Shown in pieces: positions 37,948 to 47,133 of a DNA stretch of 64,000 nucleotides. Every line of letters starts with the position of its first letter. Positions within the stretch are counted from its first letter, which is position 1. The position numbers and the translations under genes were made by a program. This DNA is from Bacteriovoracia bacterium (GTDB lineage: Bacteria > Bdellovibrionota > UBA1018 > CAIPTA01): positions 928,001 to 992,000 of the forward strand of contig JBFWVL010000001.1 of NCBI GenBank assembly GCA_050246755.1. Direction: 5' to 3'. The notes under the pieces were generated by a model. The model was given only the letters and a program-made list of their open reading frames with translations, was not told where the DNA came from and did not search any database.

Positions 37948-39299
37948 CCGCATTTTTTCGTAGAGAATGGCTACGGCAGCTCGTTCCTTGCCTTGGCCTA
38001 CTTGCCGGATTCATTTATCTGATTTTTTCGCTTAATGCGGAGCTTCGGGGGGCCGCCAGGTACTTGGGACAACCGATCTATCCCCGGGTAGAGGATTGGA
38101 TTTCAAGTGCCGAATGTTCCCAAAAAACGCATACGTTTCTCGTATTATGCCAAAAAGATGAGGCCGGAAATTATATTCCCATTGAAAATGCATCTTATGG
38201 AGATGACCGGGCCCATGCCCTAATTGGAAATATCTTAAGCTGGATTACTAGTGAAAAGGTGGGCCTGCTCACTTACATAAAAGTTAACTTCTTCCTTAAT
38301 GCCTTCGGCATTTTCTCTTTAGCCCTCTCGCTTTTTTTTTCCGACAGAAAGTTGGCATCGTTGGCGGCTCTATTCTTTGGCGCCCAATTCGGGATTAACC
38401 ACGAATACGCCTCGGCCGATGTAACCGCCGCGCATATCGGGATTGCCAGTCTCGCCCTAACTCCGATCGTCTGGTGGTCACACTGGGCAAAACTCGGCAC
38501 CCTTCCGAGACGATGGTTTTGGGGCTCTCTCCTCCCCGGTCTCTCGCTCACGTTTGCCGTGCTTCTCCGCGAGCCCGTGGGTCGTGCGGCGGAACTAGGA
38601 TGCCTATTCATTGCCGCTTGCGTATTATGGAAATTTATTCATATGGCAGCCGGAGAATCCCGCGCGCAAAGTAAAAAAATTCTTTTTGCCCTGTTTCTCT
38701 CCGTGTTTTTTGCCCATTTCGGAACCTGGATTATTTTATCAGCGCGAAACCTTCTCTACCCCGTGGCTCCTAGTTCGCATTCTATTTCTCACGGAATCGC
38801 GCACAATTTGTATATGGGCCTAGGATACCTACCTAATTCTTTTGGCATTAAAAACGAGGATGAATTCGCGATGGAGGCCGCCAAGAAGGAAGAGCCCGAT
38901 TCGAACTATCTAACTGATCTTCATTTCAAGGTCATGTGGCGCCTTTATTTTCGGGCGGTTAGCGAGAACCCGCGCGAAGTTCTACGTATCTATACCCAAA
39001 AGACGAAAAAAATATTTAAGCTCTACTTCTTTCGTGATTTTTTGCTCTGGAAAGCATTCGCGGTCGCTTTTCTCCTGAGCGCGGCCGCCTTTTTGCTGGT
39101 GCGCCCCTCGCCTTGGATGGAGTTTTTGCCGATTTACCTTTACCTCGCGCTTTATTACCTGCAGGGCGTGCTAGCCACCCCGGTGGAAGTTTTCCTGTAC
39201 GGGGGAAAAACAATCGTTGTCCTAATTATAATTTTATCGGTAAATCGAATCTTTAGCTGGATCAGAAATTCATATCCAGACGGATTTTTGCGTTCTTAA
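37944..39299 (+). CDS. Polytopic membrane protein, probable GT-C glycosyltransferase
   Basis: ~10 TM segments with large loops, acidic first loop (YGDD), HNLYMGLG motif; in an operon with the GtrB-like gene. Confidence 0.55.
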   Translation: MTAFFRREWLRQLVPCLGLLAGFIYLIFSLNAELRGAARYLGQPIYPRVEDWISSAECSQKTHTFLVLCQKDEAGNYIPIENASYGDDRAHALIGNILSWITSEKVGLLTYIKVNFFLNAFGIFSLALSLFFSDRKLASLAALFFGAQFGINHEYASADVTAAHIGIASLALTPIVWWSHWAKLGTLPRRWFWGSLLPGLSLTFAVLLREPVGRAAELGCLFIAACVLWKFIHMAAGESRAQSKKILFALFLSVFFAHFGTWIILSARNLLYPVAPSSHSISHGIAHNLYMGLGYLPNSFGIKNEDEFAMEAAKKEEPDSNYLTDLHFKVMWRLYFRAVSENPREVLRIYTQKTKKIFKLYFFRDFLLWKAFAVAFLLSAAAFLLVRPSPWMEFLPIYLYLALYYLQGVLATPVEVFLYGGKTIVVLIIILSVNRIFSWIRNSYPDGFLRS

Positions 39300-40806
39300 G
39301 AAGATCCTGCTTTAGTTCCGTAAGCTCGGTGCGGTGGGGGTGCTCCGGCAGATGCACGGCTTCCTGCTCATAGTGTTCCACGGCCATTCCGTTCCACTGC
39401 ACGAACTGCGAAAAATCTATACAATCCGCGCCCACTTCTTCCGCCAGCCTCACGAACTCACGCATGGTGCGAAAATTCGCCTTTCTCACCACGAAACGCA
39501 AAGCAAAATCCTTAAATTCCCCCTTGCGGCGCTTCTCTCCCACCCAGCGTAAATTTTCCCAAAGCCGATCCCAGTCGCCGCCACGCACCTCGGCATATAC
39601 TTCTTTTGTGCCGGCATCCACCGACACGGCCACGCGGCGAATAAGCTCAGTTCCCGGGCGAAGCTCGTCGAAGGTTTTTTGGTTGAATAGTATCCCGTTC
39701 GTAACCAGGTCTACCTCGCGCAACCGAGGAAAGCGGCTCTTGTCGCCCGCACTCTTTAAAAGTTCGCGCAGGTAAGAACTGAAAAAAACTTCGCCATCGG
39801 CCGACATTTTCATCACTTCAATTGTGCTCGCAAATCGCGCCAGCGACTCGTCGGTCTTTTTCAGCAAGCCTTCGGCGTAAGGAGTAAGTTTCGTAATTTT
39901 TTCTTTCCGGCAGGAAGGACAAGCCAAATTGCAGCGCGGATCACCGGTGATCGAAGCATACGCCGGTCCTTCGGCTAAAAACTCCACACCTTCCGCCATC
40001 GCCGCAATATTACGTTCAGAAATCGGGGGATAAAGAGGCTCTTTCCGCTCTCTCATTTCTTCAATTTCATCGAGGCTATATAGCTTGGCCTGGCAGATAT
40101 CCCGGCGGCAATAACGGTAGTCTCCCGCCAGAACGGCTTTTCTTAGAGCAGTGGCGCCCGGGCCGCTCCAGGCATCGTGCTTCCCTTGAAGGTTCGCGTA
40201 GTATTCACGCGGCTCGAGGGCATAGTACTCATCGGTGAGCCAAGTATAGCAGCAAGGCACAAATGGGCCGTACGCCGGGATATCCATTTGGGAAAAAGGA
40301 TGTGGACAAATTTTCGTTTCAAAATAAGCGGGTGGCCCGGCACGAACGGCGGTAAAGGCAACCGACATCTGGCGGCTGTCTTGTGGATAGTCGGTGCCCC
40401 GTTCGTTCCAGGCGGAATACCGAAAGCTTAGAACGCGGGAGCTGTTCGATGCGGGAACGCGCAAAACTGAAGTTATTTTTTCCAGCTGAGAATTTATCTG
40501 AAACTCGCCGATCAACTTTCCGTCTATTCGGACGGAGATTTTTAGGTCGGGAATTTGCGAAGCCAAGGTGAACTTAACAGCCGATTCTTGGCTCGAAGAG
40601 CCCAGCGAAAATATGGTTTCTGGCCCTTTAGACCAGCGCCAACTATGCCCGGTCTGGGAATCAATTTCCAAATCATATAGGCCAGAGGGTATGGCTCCGC
40701 CCGGGAAACGAAGTAAATCGCTAAGGACCGAATTTTCTTTTGGCGCGTTTGGTACGGCCTTTTTCCAGCGAAACATCAAAATTATTTGTAGCACAGCCGC
40801 GAACAT
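39262..40806 (-). CDS. Radical SAM protein with N-terminal beta-sandwich and twitch domains
   Basis: WRWS..DSRQMSV domain; ICPHPF..PCC..YCRRDIC; CNLACPSC, VTNGILF, SVDAGT. Confidence 0.88.
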   Translation of the reverse strand: MFAAVLQIILMFRWKKAVPNAPKENSVLSDLLRFPGGAIPSGLYDLEIDSQTGHSWRWSKGPETIFSLGSSSQESAVKFTLASQIPDLKISVRIDGKLIGEFQINSQLEKITSVLRVPASNSSRVLSFRYSAWNERGTDYPQDSRQMSVAFTAVRAGPPAYFETKICPHPFSQMDIPAYGPFVPCCYTWLTDEYYALEPREYYANLQGKHDAWSGPGATALRKAVLAGDYRYCRRDICQAKLYSLDEIEEMRERKEPLYPPISERNIAAMAEGVEFLAEGPAYASITGDPRCNLACPSCRKEKITKLTPYAEGLLKKTDESLARFASTIEVMKMSADGEVFFSSYLRELLKSAGDKSRFPRLREVDLVTNGILFNQKTFDELRPGTELIRRVAVSVDAGTKEVYAEVRGGDWDRLWENLRWVGEKRRKGEFKDFALRFVVRKANFRTMREFVRLAEEVGADCIDFSQFVQWNGMAVEHYEQEAVHLPEHPHRTELTELKQDLLKNAKIRLDMNF

Positions 40807-40840
40807 TCACAAAAAGCGGCATTAAGGCAGGTTCAGTATA

Positions 40841-40931
40841 TGGTGCCGAGGACGAGAATCGAACTCGTACGGTCCGATGAAGGTCCGCAGGATTTTAAGT
40901 CCTGTGTGTCTACCAATTCCACCACCCCGGC
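40841..40931 (-). tRNA. tRNA-Leu(TAA)
   Basis: GCCGGGG..GGAATTGGTAGAC..CAGGA-CTTAAAA-TCCTG, long variable arm, GAGTTCGATTCTC, CCTCGGC-ACCA. Confidence 0.96.
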
Positions 40932-40972
40932 TTAGGAGCAAAGAACCTATTCAAACTAATACGTCTAAAGAC

Positions 40973-41000
40973 AAAAAAAAAGCCTCCGCTGCGCCGAGAA
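40973..41000 (-). terminator. Possible intrinsic terminator after hup
   Basis: Imperfect stem GCTTCTCG/CGGAGGC followed by a T8 tract on the minus strand. Confidence 0.45.
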
Positions 41001-41022
41001 GCTCATTTCGCGCCAAAATGCC

Positions 41023-41295
41023 TTATTTGACGGCTTTCTTGAATTCCCGGCCAGGCCGAAACTTCGGAATGCTATGCGCGGGAATTTTAAGCTCGTTCCC
41101 CGTCTGCGGGTTTCGGCCTTTGCGAGCCTTGCGCTTCGCCTTAAAAAAACTGCCAAAACCTACCAGAGTAACTACTTCTCCCTTTTTTACCGACTTCTTG
41201 ATGATTTCCATCGTGCTATTCAGCAACGATTCGGCTTGATTCTTAGAAATGGGATGCTCCTTAACGAGCTGGTCTACGATTTCAGCTTTATTCAT
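41023..41295 (-). CDS. hup: HU family DNA-binding protein
   Basis: MNKAEIV, LVGFGSF, RKGRNPQTG, PKFRPG. Confidence 0.95.
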   Translation of the reverse strand: MNKAEIVDQLVKEHPISKNQAESLLNSTMEIIKKSVKKGEVVTLVGFGSFFKAKRKARKGRNPQTGNELKIPAHSIPKFRPGREFKKAVK

Positions 41296-41362
41296 TGTTC
41301 AAATCCTCAATTGAGTCCCTGAGAACGGCCACTGGCGCGGATCTTGGAGATTTCTAATTTTT

Positions 41363-42718
41363 TCAGACGCTATCAGGAATAGGTTTTGCGTCAAGTGCTT
41401 TCCCGTAATGGGAAATTTTTTTCTCGAGCCATTTTTCGGGCCTAGAACTGGATTCCAGCCACCAAGCCTCCCCGCGAAATAGAAATTCCCATTCTCTTAG
41501 CCAATCGGGAAGAAAATTGCCTTTTTTACTTCGGCATCGGTCGCATTTTCCGCAAGGTTGCTGCTTCATCCCGAGCCGCTCCGCTACCGCCACTTTGCGG
41601 CATGCCCCTTTCACCCAAGCCCTCCATAGAGACGCAAAACGCTCTCTCTGCACAGAGTCCATGGATCGCATGCGCGCTAGCTCACTTCTTCGCCAGAACG
41701 CCACGCCGTACGCCTCATGGCCATTCCGGCCGGCTCGGCCCACTTCCTGCCAATACGACTCTAAATCATGCGGAAGCGAAAAATGCAGAACTCGATCTAC
41801 CCACGGATAATCAATTCCCATTCCGAAAGCCGACGTGGCACATACGATCCTTAGCGCACCCGCCCGAAAGGCCCGCGATCGCTCTCTTCTCACCATGTTT
41901 GGCAGGCCCGCATGGTACGTCGCGGCCGGGAATCCAGCCGAGGCGAGCCACTGCCCCACTTCGTCGCATTCTTTCTGGCTAGCGCAATATATCAGCGCGC
42001 TTTTCGGCGCCTCAAGATTGCGGAGGAAAGAAGTCAGTAAGAGCCAACGCCAATGCTCCCCTTCAATTGGAATAACCAGTAAAGACAAGTTTTCTCTGGC
42101 GAGGGCTCCTTCCACCCGCAAATGTTGGTCGCAAAACTCGTTCATCCATGCGCTGCTCTCGGATTCACGAAAACTAGCCGAAAGTCCGAGTAAAGCTGTA
42201 CCGCCGCCCACCATCCTGCGAATCGGCGCAAACACCTCCTGGTAACCTTCGCGGAAACGGCGCCAATCCTCGAAACAATGCATTTCGTCGAGTACGAGCA
42301 GATCGGGTTTCAAGCCCCTCTCCTCCAGTTTCGCTACTGTCCCGTTTTCCCACCAGATACCTAGCCGCTCCGGAGAAAGGAAAAGAACTTCCCACTTACC
42401 GTACAGCGCGGTTTCCATGGAGTCTTTCTCCATTCCCGAATGAATTGCCGTCGCCCTTAATCCAAGACTTTTGCAGGCGGCCACTTGATCTTCCATCAAC
42501 GAAATAAGCGGGCTCACCACCCATAACCGCCAGCCCCAGGCGGCCGCGGGAAGGCTGTAACAAAGAGATTTTCCGTAGCCAGTGGGCAACGAAGCAAACA
42601 CATTTTGGCCTTGGGCCAAACCTATGAGTACTTCACGCTGGTGCGGCTTAAGTTCGACATGGGGAAGAATAGCGGAGAGCTTCTCTTCTGCGTCAGACAG
42701 CATTTGCGCGAGATTCAT
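41363..42718 (-). CDS. RecQ-family helicase, short form
   Basis: LPTGYGKSLCY, SPLISLMEDQ, DEMHC, ATSAFGMGID, QEVGRAGR, Zn site C..CGKCDRC. Confidence 0.9.
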   Translation of the reverse strand: MNLAQMLSDAEEKLSAILPHVELKPHQREVLIGLAQGQNVFASLPTGYGKSLCYSLPAAAWGWRLWVVSPLISLMEDQVAACKSLGLRATAIHSGMEKDSMETALYGKWEVLFLSPERLGIWWENGTVAKLEERGLKPDLLVLDEMHCFEDWRRFREGYQEVFAPIRRMVGGGTALLGLSASFRESESSAWMNEFCDQHLRVEGALARENLSLLVIPIEGEHWRWLLLTSFLRNLEAPKSALIYCASQKECDEVGQWLASAGFPAATYHAGLPNMVRRERSRAFRAGALRIVCATSAFGMGIDYPWVDRVLHFSLPHDLESYWQEVGRAGRNGHEAYGVAFWRRSELARMRSMDSVQRERFASLWRAWVKGACRKVAVAERLGMKQQPCGKCDRCRSKKGNFLPDWLREWEFLFRGEAWWLESSSRPEKWLEKKISHYGKALDAKPIPDSV

Positions 42719-42767
42719 ACTGGCGCCAGTGCAAGCGGGTGGCCAGTAACCTGACTTAAAAATTCAT

Positions 42768-43757
42768 CTAGGGAGTAGTCTGCGGTTGAGCTTTTGGACT
42801 GGCCAGATAGAAAAATATACCCGTGAGATTTAATAATATCTGAATCGTTACCAGCATCGTAAAGATCTCTGCCCCCATCGAAGAACCTGCTAGCTTGAAT
42901 AATGCGGCAAAGGCTACGTGGCCCACGCCGAGGCCCGAAGGTGCCACCGGCACGGCCGTGGTCAAAAGGCCAATCGGTACCAGCAAAAAATACTGGTAGA
43001 AGGCTATGCTGTTTTCCCCTAGGGCGTGCGAGCAGAAAATCACCACCGCAACGATAAAAAGATGAGTACAAATCGAAAGCAACAGCGCCTGGACCAAAAT
43101 TGCCGGGTGCTCACGGTAATTTAGCCAAGCATCATAGGCCTGCAACAAAACCTTGCCGGGCCTTGAGCGATTAAGAACTTCCATTTTTACGCGTAGCCTT
43201 GCGATCGGCCCCCATGCGGCCAAAAGCATGTATAGGTAAAAAAATACGACCCCACAAAAAAGCAAAAGTACGATCGCGGCCAAATGAGCAAGCTGAGGAA
43301 CCGCCCATACGTGACTCCACTGAAGTAAAATTGGCGAAGCGCTCACGATCACTAAGCCAAATACACCCATTATCCGATCGAGAAGAATAGAGGTTAATAC
43401 CGGAGTTTTCTTTTGGTCTTTATGATCGCCCAGAACATACCAGGCCTTAATTAAATCCCCGCTTACCGCTCCAGGCATAGTGGTGTTGAAAAATGCGCCG
43501 ATCATACTGTAGCGAACCAACTGCCCCAAGGTAAATTCGATTCCTTGTCCACGCATTAAGAGCCCCCAGCGATACACCGAGGTAACTAACGCGAAAAAAA
43601 CCAAAGCGCAGGAGGCTAGTAGCATCGCCGAGTGCGAAAACCCGCGCTTCACCACCTCTAAATCGAGGCGGCCGGAATAAACCATGTAACCGAGGATCGC
43701 GAAAGCGAATCCGAATTTAGCGATAATCTTTATCGTGGAAAAAAAATTAGCGCGCAT
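42768..43757 (-). CDS. Lysylphosphatidylglycerol-synthase TM domain / flippase-like protein (UPF0104)
   Basis: RW..L, FFNTTMPG.VSGD..K, LDRIMG, PSGLGV; TAATG overlap with the upstream gene. Confidence 0.88.
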   Translation of the reverse strand: MRANFFSTIKIIAKFGFAFAILGYMVYSGRLDLEVVKRGFSHSAMLLASCALVFFALVTSVYRWGLLMRGQGIEFTLGQLVRYSMIGAFFNTTMPGAVSGDLIKAWYVLGDHKDQKKTPVLTSILLDRIMGVFGLVIVSASPILLQWSHVWAVPQLAHLAAIVLLLFCGVVFFYLYMLLAAWGPIARLRVKMEVLNRSRPGKVLLQAYDAWLNYREHPAILVQALLLSICTHLFIVAVVIFCSHALGENSIAFYQYFLLVPIGLLTTAVPVAPSGLGVGHVAFAALFKLAGSSMGAEIFTMLVTIQILLNLTGIFFYLASPKAQPQTTP

Positions 43758-44467
43758 TAGCGACCCGGCCAAATATGGCGGAGGAAATTCCGAAAAATCG
43801 TTTTCCCCACATTTGGATCATAAACTTTTTCCGCCTTATCACGATTAATCACGACGGATCCGGGCACGTTTGCCAAGCGCCGATCCAGTCCACGATTCCC
43901 CGCCTCCAGATCGCGTTCGGGATGAAACTGAATGCCCCACATGGGCACACCCTCCACGTCAAAGGCTTGCACCTGGCAGGCGCCGCTTGAGGCCGTAACC
44001 TTGAAGCCTTTGGGTAACTTGTAAACTTCGTCGCTATGAAATTCGAAACTATGAAATTTATTGGGTAACCCCTCGAGAATCGCGCTCTTCTCTTTCATTT
44101 CAATTTCTTGCCAGCCATGCTCCGACTGCTTGGCGGCACCAGTATATTCTTCCCCACCGAGCGCTCGGGCGATGAGTTGCTCGCCGTAGCAAATACCGAG
44201 GGTGGGGATCTTCAGTTCGTGCAATTTTTTAATCGCCCCAATCTCAAGATCGATCCAGGGAGCATTTTCATAGATTCTCGTTTTGGAACCAGATAGAACG
44301 GCACCCGAGAATTGCTCCAAATTCTCCGGAATCTGGCTTTCGGGCCCACGCACAGCCACGATTTCGGCCCCGCCGAACTCCGCCGCGCCTTCTTGCAATA
44401 ACCGGCAAATCTCCGGGCTCCCGTGGGGGGGATCGAAAGTATTATCGATGACGAGAATTTTTTTCAA
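43757..44467 (-). CDS. Class I glutamine amidotransferase
   Basis: LGICYGEQ, QFHPE. Confidence 0.9.
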   Translation of the reverse strand: MKKILVIDNTFDPPHGSPEICRLLQEGAAEFGGAEIVAVRGPESQIPENLEQFSGAVLSGSKTRIYENAPWIDLEIGAIKKLHELKIPTLGICYGEQLIARALGGEEYTGAAKQSEHGWQEIEMKEKSAILEGLPNKFHSFEFHSDEVYKLPKGFKVTASSGACQVQAFDVEGVPMWGIQFHPERDLEAGNRGLDRRLANVPGSVVINRDKAEKVYDPNVGKTIFRNFLRHIWPGR

Positions 44468-45221
44468 ATCTCAACTCCACGTATTTCATGAACAAAGAAT
44501 GCGCCGCATTTATAGATATCACGAGGCCGGGAAAGCCATCAAGAAAGCCGCGCTTCCAAACGTAAGTCTCAAGAAATTTTCCCACGGGCTTGAGCAAGAT
44601 ACGAAGGATAGTGCCGCTTTCCCCCCTCGCCGCCGCAGCCGCCGCGCCGAGACGAGAGAAACGCACATTCGTGATTACTTGATCTCCCACGTCGCGGAAG
44701 GTGTAGTGAAAAAGGTCGGCCCCGAACCGGTGAATATTTCCCTGTACCGAAAGGGCCTCGTGCACGGGCGGCTCTGTCCAGCGGCCAAATTTGCGATTTG
44801 CTAAACGCACTAGCCGATTGGGGTACCAGCCTCCGTGAAGAATCCAACGGCCGAGAAACCAGGTTCTGCGGGGCATATCCGCCCCCCAAAACTGCTGAGC
44901 CCCTACTTTCCCGTTGGCGTTCACGAATTCCACAATTTCTTGCTGAAGCTCTGGGCTCAGCTCTTCGTCGGCATCAAGAAAAAGAACCCAGGGTTCGCGC
45001 GCCTGCGCGAGCGCCCAATTTTTTTGTTGGCCATAACCTTCCCACGTGTGGCGCAGCACAACAGCCCCTTCGGCGGCCGCTATTTCGCAGGTTCTATCGG
45101 TAGATCCAGCGTCCACCACTACACGCTCCGCCGCGAAATTTACGCTGCGCAAACAACGAGCGATATTATGCTCTTCATTGAGAGTGATGATAATCGCGCA
45201 GAGGGGTGGACGGGCAGCCAT
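44442..45221 (-). CDS. GT2 glycosyltransferase, LPS core WaaE/KdtX-like
   Basis: IITLNEE, DAGSTDRT, WVLFLDADE, VHE, GFLDG. Confidence 0.9.
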   Translation of the reverse strand: MAARPPLCAIIITLNEEHNIARCLRSVNFAAERVVVDAGSTDRTCEIAAAEGAVVLRHTWEGYGQQKNWALAQAREPWVLFLDADEELSPELQQEIVEFVNANGKVGAQQFWGADMPRRTWFLGRWILHGGWYPNRLVRLANRKFGRWTEPPVHEALSVQGNIHRFGADLFHYTFRDVGDQVITNVRFSRLGAAAAAARGESGTILRILLKPVGKFLETYVWKRGFLDGFPGLVISINAAHSLFMKYVELRFEKNSRHR

Positions 45222-45299
45222 CCCCTCCAGTATAACTGAGATTGCACAAGACTTAGCGCGAAAAACTTTCCTTGTTTTTGGCGCGTTGGAAAGGATTCC

Positions 45300-46619
45300 A
45301 TGAAAGTAGCAATCGTAGGCACGGGTTATGTTGGCTTAGTGGCCGGAACCTGCTTTGCCGAAACCGGAAATAACGTAATTTGCGTAGATATCGATCCCGC
45401 TAAGGTAGCCAAACTGCAGAGTGGCGAGCCGACGATTTTTGAGCCGGGCCTGCAGGAGCTGATGCGTAAAAATCAAGAAGAGGGTCGGCTTCTCTTTACT
45501 ACCGATTTGAAAAAGGCCGTGGCCGAGTGCGCGGTGATTTTCTTGGCCGTGGGCACCCCCTCTTCCGAGGATGGTTCCGCCGATCTCACGGTGGTGCTAA
45601 AGGTGGCCGGCGACATCGGTGCCGCCATGACCGCACCTAGAATTATCGTAAACAAGTCTACGGTTCCCGTGGGCACCGCCAAGAAAGTGACCGACCTCAT
45701 CGCGAGTAAAACCAAACACGCCTTTAGCGTGGTTTCCAATCCTGAGTTCCTTAAAGAAGGCTCGGCAATCGACGATTTCCTTAAACCCGATCGCGTGGTT
45801 ATCGGCACGGAAAATGAAGAGACCTGGAACGTGATGCGTGAGCTCTATGAGCCCTTTGTCCGCCAAGGAAATCCAATTATCCGCATGACGAACCTTTCTG
45901 CAGAAATGACGAAGTACGCCGCCAACGCGATGCTCGCTACGAAAATTTCCTTTATTAACGAGATCGCTCTCCTGTGCGACAAAATCGGCGCCGACGTGGA
46001 CAGCGTGCGGGCGGGAATTACCAGCGACGTACGCATCGGCAAACATTTCCTCTATCCAGGACCCGGTTACGGCGGCTCCTGCTTCCCGAAAGACGTTAAG
46101 GCCTTATTAAAAACCGGCTCTCAAGTTGGCTTACCCATGCACGTAGTGAGTGGAGCAGAAAAAGCCAACGATCGCCAAAAACAGGTGCTTGGGCATAAAA
46201 TCGAAAAGCATTTCAGTGGCTCCCTTAAAGGCAAAGTAATTGCCATTTGGGGCCTTGCATTCAAGCCCAATACCGACGATATGCGGGAAGCACCGGCGCT
46301 CGTGCTGGTGGATAGCTTGCTTAAGGCCGGCGCGATTATACAAGCGTTCGACCCCATTGCCCACGAAACCGCCCCTATCGCCCTAAGAGAACAGGGTACC
46401 AACCTCGAGAATTTTCGCCTGGTCGAATCCGCCTACGCGGCCCTCGAAAAGGCCGACGCCCTGGCCATAGTTACGGAATGGAATGAATTCCGCACGCCGG
46501 ATTTCGAAAGAGTAAAATCTCTGCTGAAAAATCCTATAGTGTTCGACGGCAGAAATATCTGGAAGCCCGAAACCGCTAAAAAGCATGGCCTTACTTATTT
46601 TGGAATGGGACGGGCTTAG
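45300..46619 (+). CDS. ugd: UDP-glucose 6-dehydrogenase
   Basis: GTGYVG, NKSTVPVG, SNPEFLKEG, GYGGSCFPKD, FKPNTDDMRE. Confidence 0.95.
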   Translation: MKVAIVGTGYVGLVAGTCFAETGNNVICVDIDPAKVAKLQSGEPTIFEPGLQELMRKNQEEGRLLFTTDLKKAVAECAVIFLAVGTPSSEDGSADLTVVLKVAGDIGAAMTAPRIIVNKSTVPVGTAKKVTDLIASKTKHAFSVVSNPEFLKEGSAIDDFLKPDRVVIGTENEETWNVMRELYEPFVRQGNPIIRMTNLSAEMTKYAANAMLATKISFINEIALLCDKIGADVDSVRAGITSDVRIGKHFLYPGPGYGGSCFPKDVKALLKTGSQVGLPMHVVSGAEKANDRQKQVLGHKIEKHFSGSLKGKVIAIWGLAFKPNTDDMREAPALVLVDSLLKAGAIIQAFDPIAHETAPIALREQGTNLENFRLVESAYAALEKADALAIVTEWNEFRTPDFERVKSLLKNPIVFDGRNIWKPETAKKHGLTYFGMGRA

Positions 46620-47133
46620 CCGCCGGGGCATTCGCCAGCCCCTCTTTTAAAATCACTTCAAGATCTATCTCAAGGGGCCCCTCTACATAAGAAGCGTCCG
46701 TTTTTCCCACCGAAATCGGCATCGCCAAGATTCTGCGAACGCAAACCGCCTCACCCGGTTTTGCACAAATGTAAAAAACCGCGCGCATTTCATATTTTCC
46801 AGCTTCATGCAGAGGCCCTACCAGCACTTCGCGCTCGGTGAGCTCGCGGTAGCCTAAGTTGATTTTGGGCTCGAAACTGCCATCTATTTTCCGTAGGCCC
46901 ACTTGAAGCTGCGTCGGAAATCCTGGGACTAAAAAGTAGCCCGGCTCCTGCAAATATTTTAGTCGTACGCTGCCGTCCACCGGCAATTTCGCTTCCGACC
47001 TAGCTTCCTGCGAATCCAAAAATTTTGGGGCGAAGGTGCGTTTTAGAATATTAGTCATTACCAAAACCGAGAGGCCAATCAACAAGCCCCCGAGATAGGT
47101 TGGAAATCGCCGTTTAAATTCTGGACTCATCAC
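46591..47133 (-). CDS. Membrane-anchored hypothetical protein
   Basis: N-terminal TM helix; Cys pair CAKPGEAVC. Confidence 0.65.
   Translation of the reverse strand: MMSPEFKRRFPTYLGGLLIGLSVLVMTNILKRTFAPKFLDSQEARSEAKLPVDGSVRLKYLQEPGYFLVPGFPTQLQVGLRKIDGSFEPKINLGYRELTEREVLVGPLHEAGKYEMRAVFYICAKPGEAVCVRRILAMPISVGKTDASYVEGPLEIDLEVILKEGLANAPAAKPVPFQNK

Noticed and set aside
31135-40806. RiPP (ranthipeptide/SPASM maturase) cluster
   Set aside because: No precursor peptide, RRE domain, peptidase or exporter; the context is glycosyltransferases
40841-40931. Active integrative element at tRNA-Leu
   Set aside because: No integrase and no duplicated tRNA 3' end seen in the window
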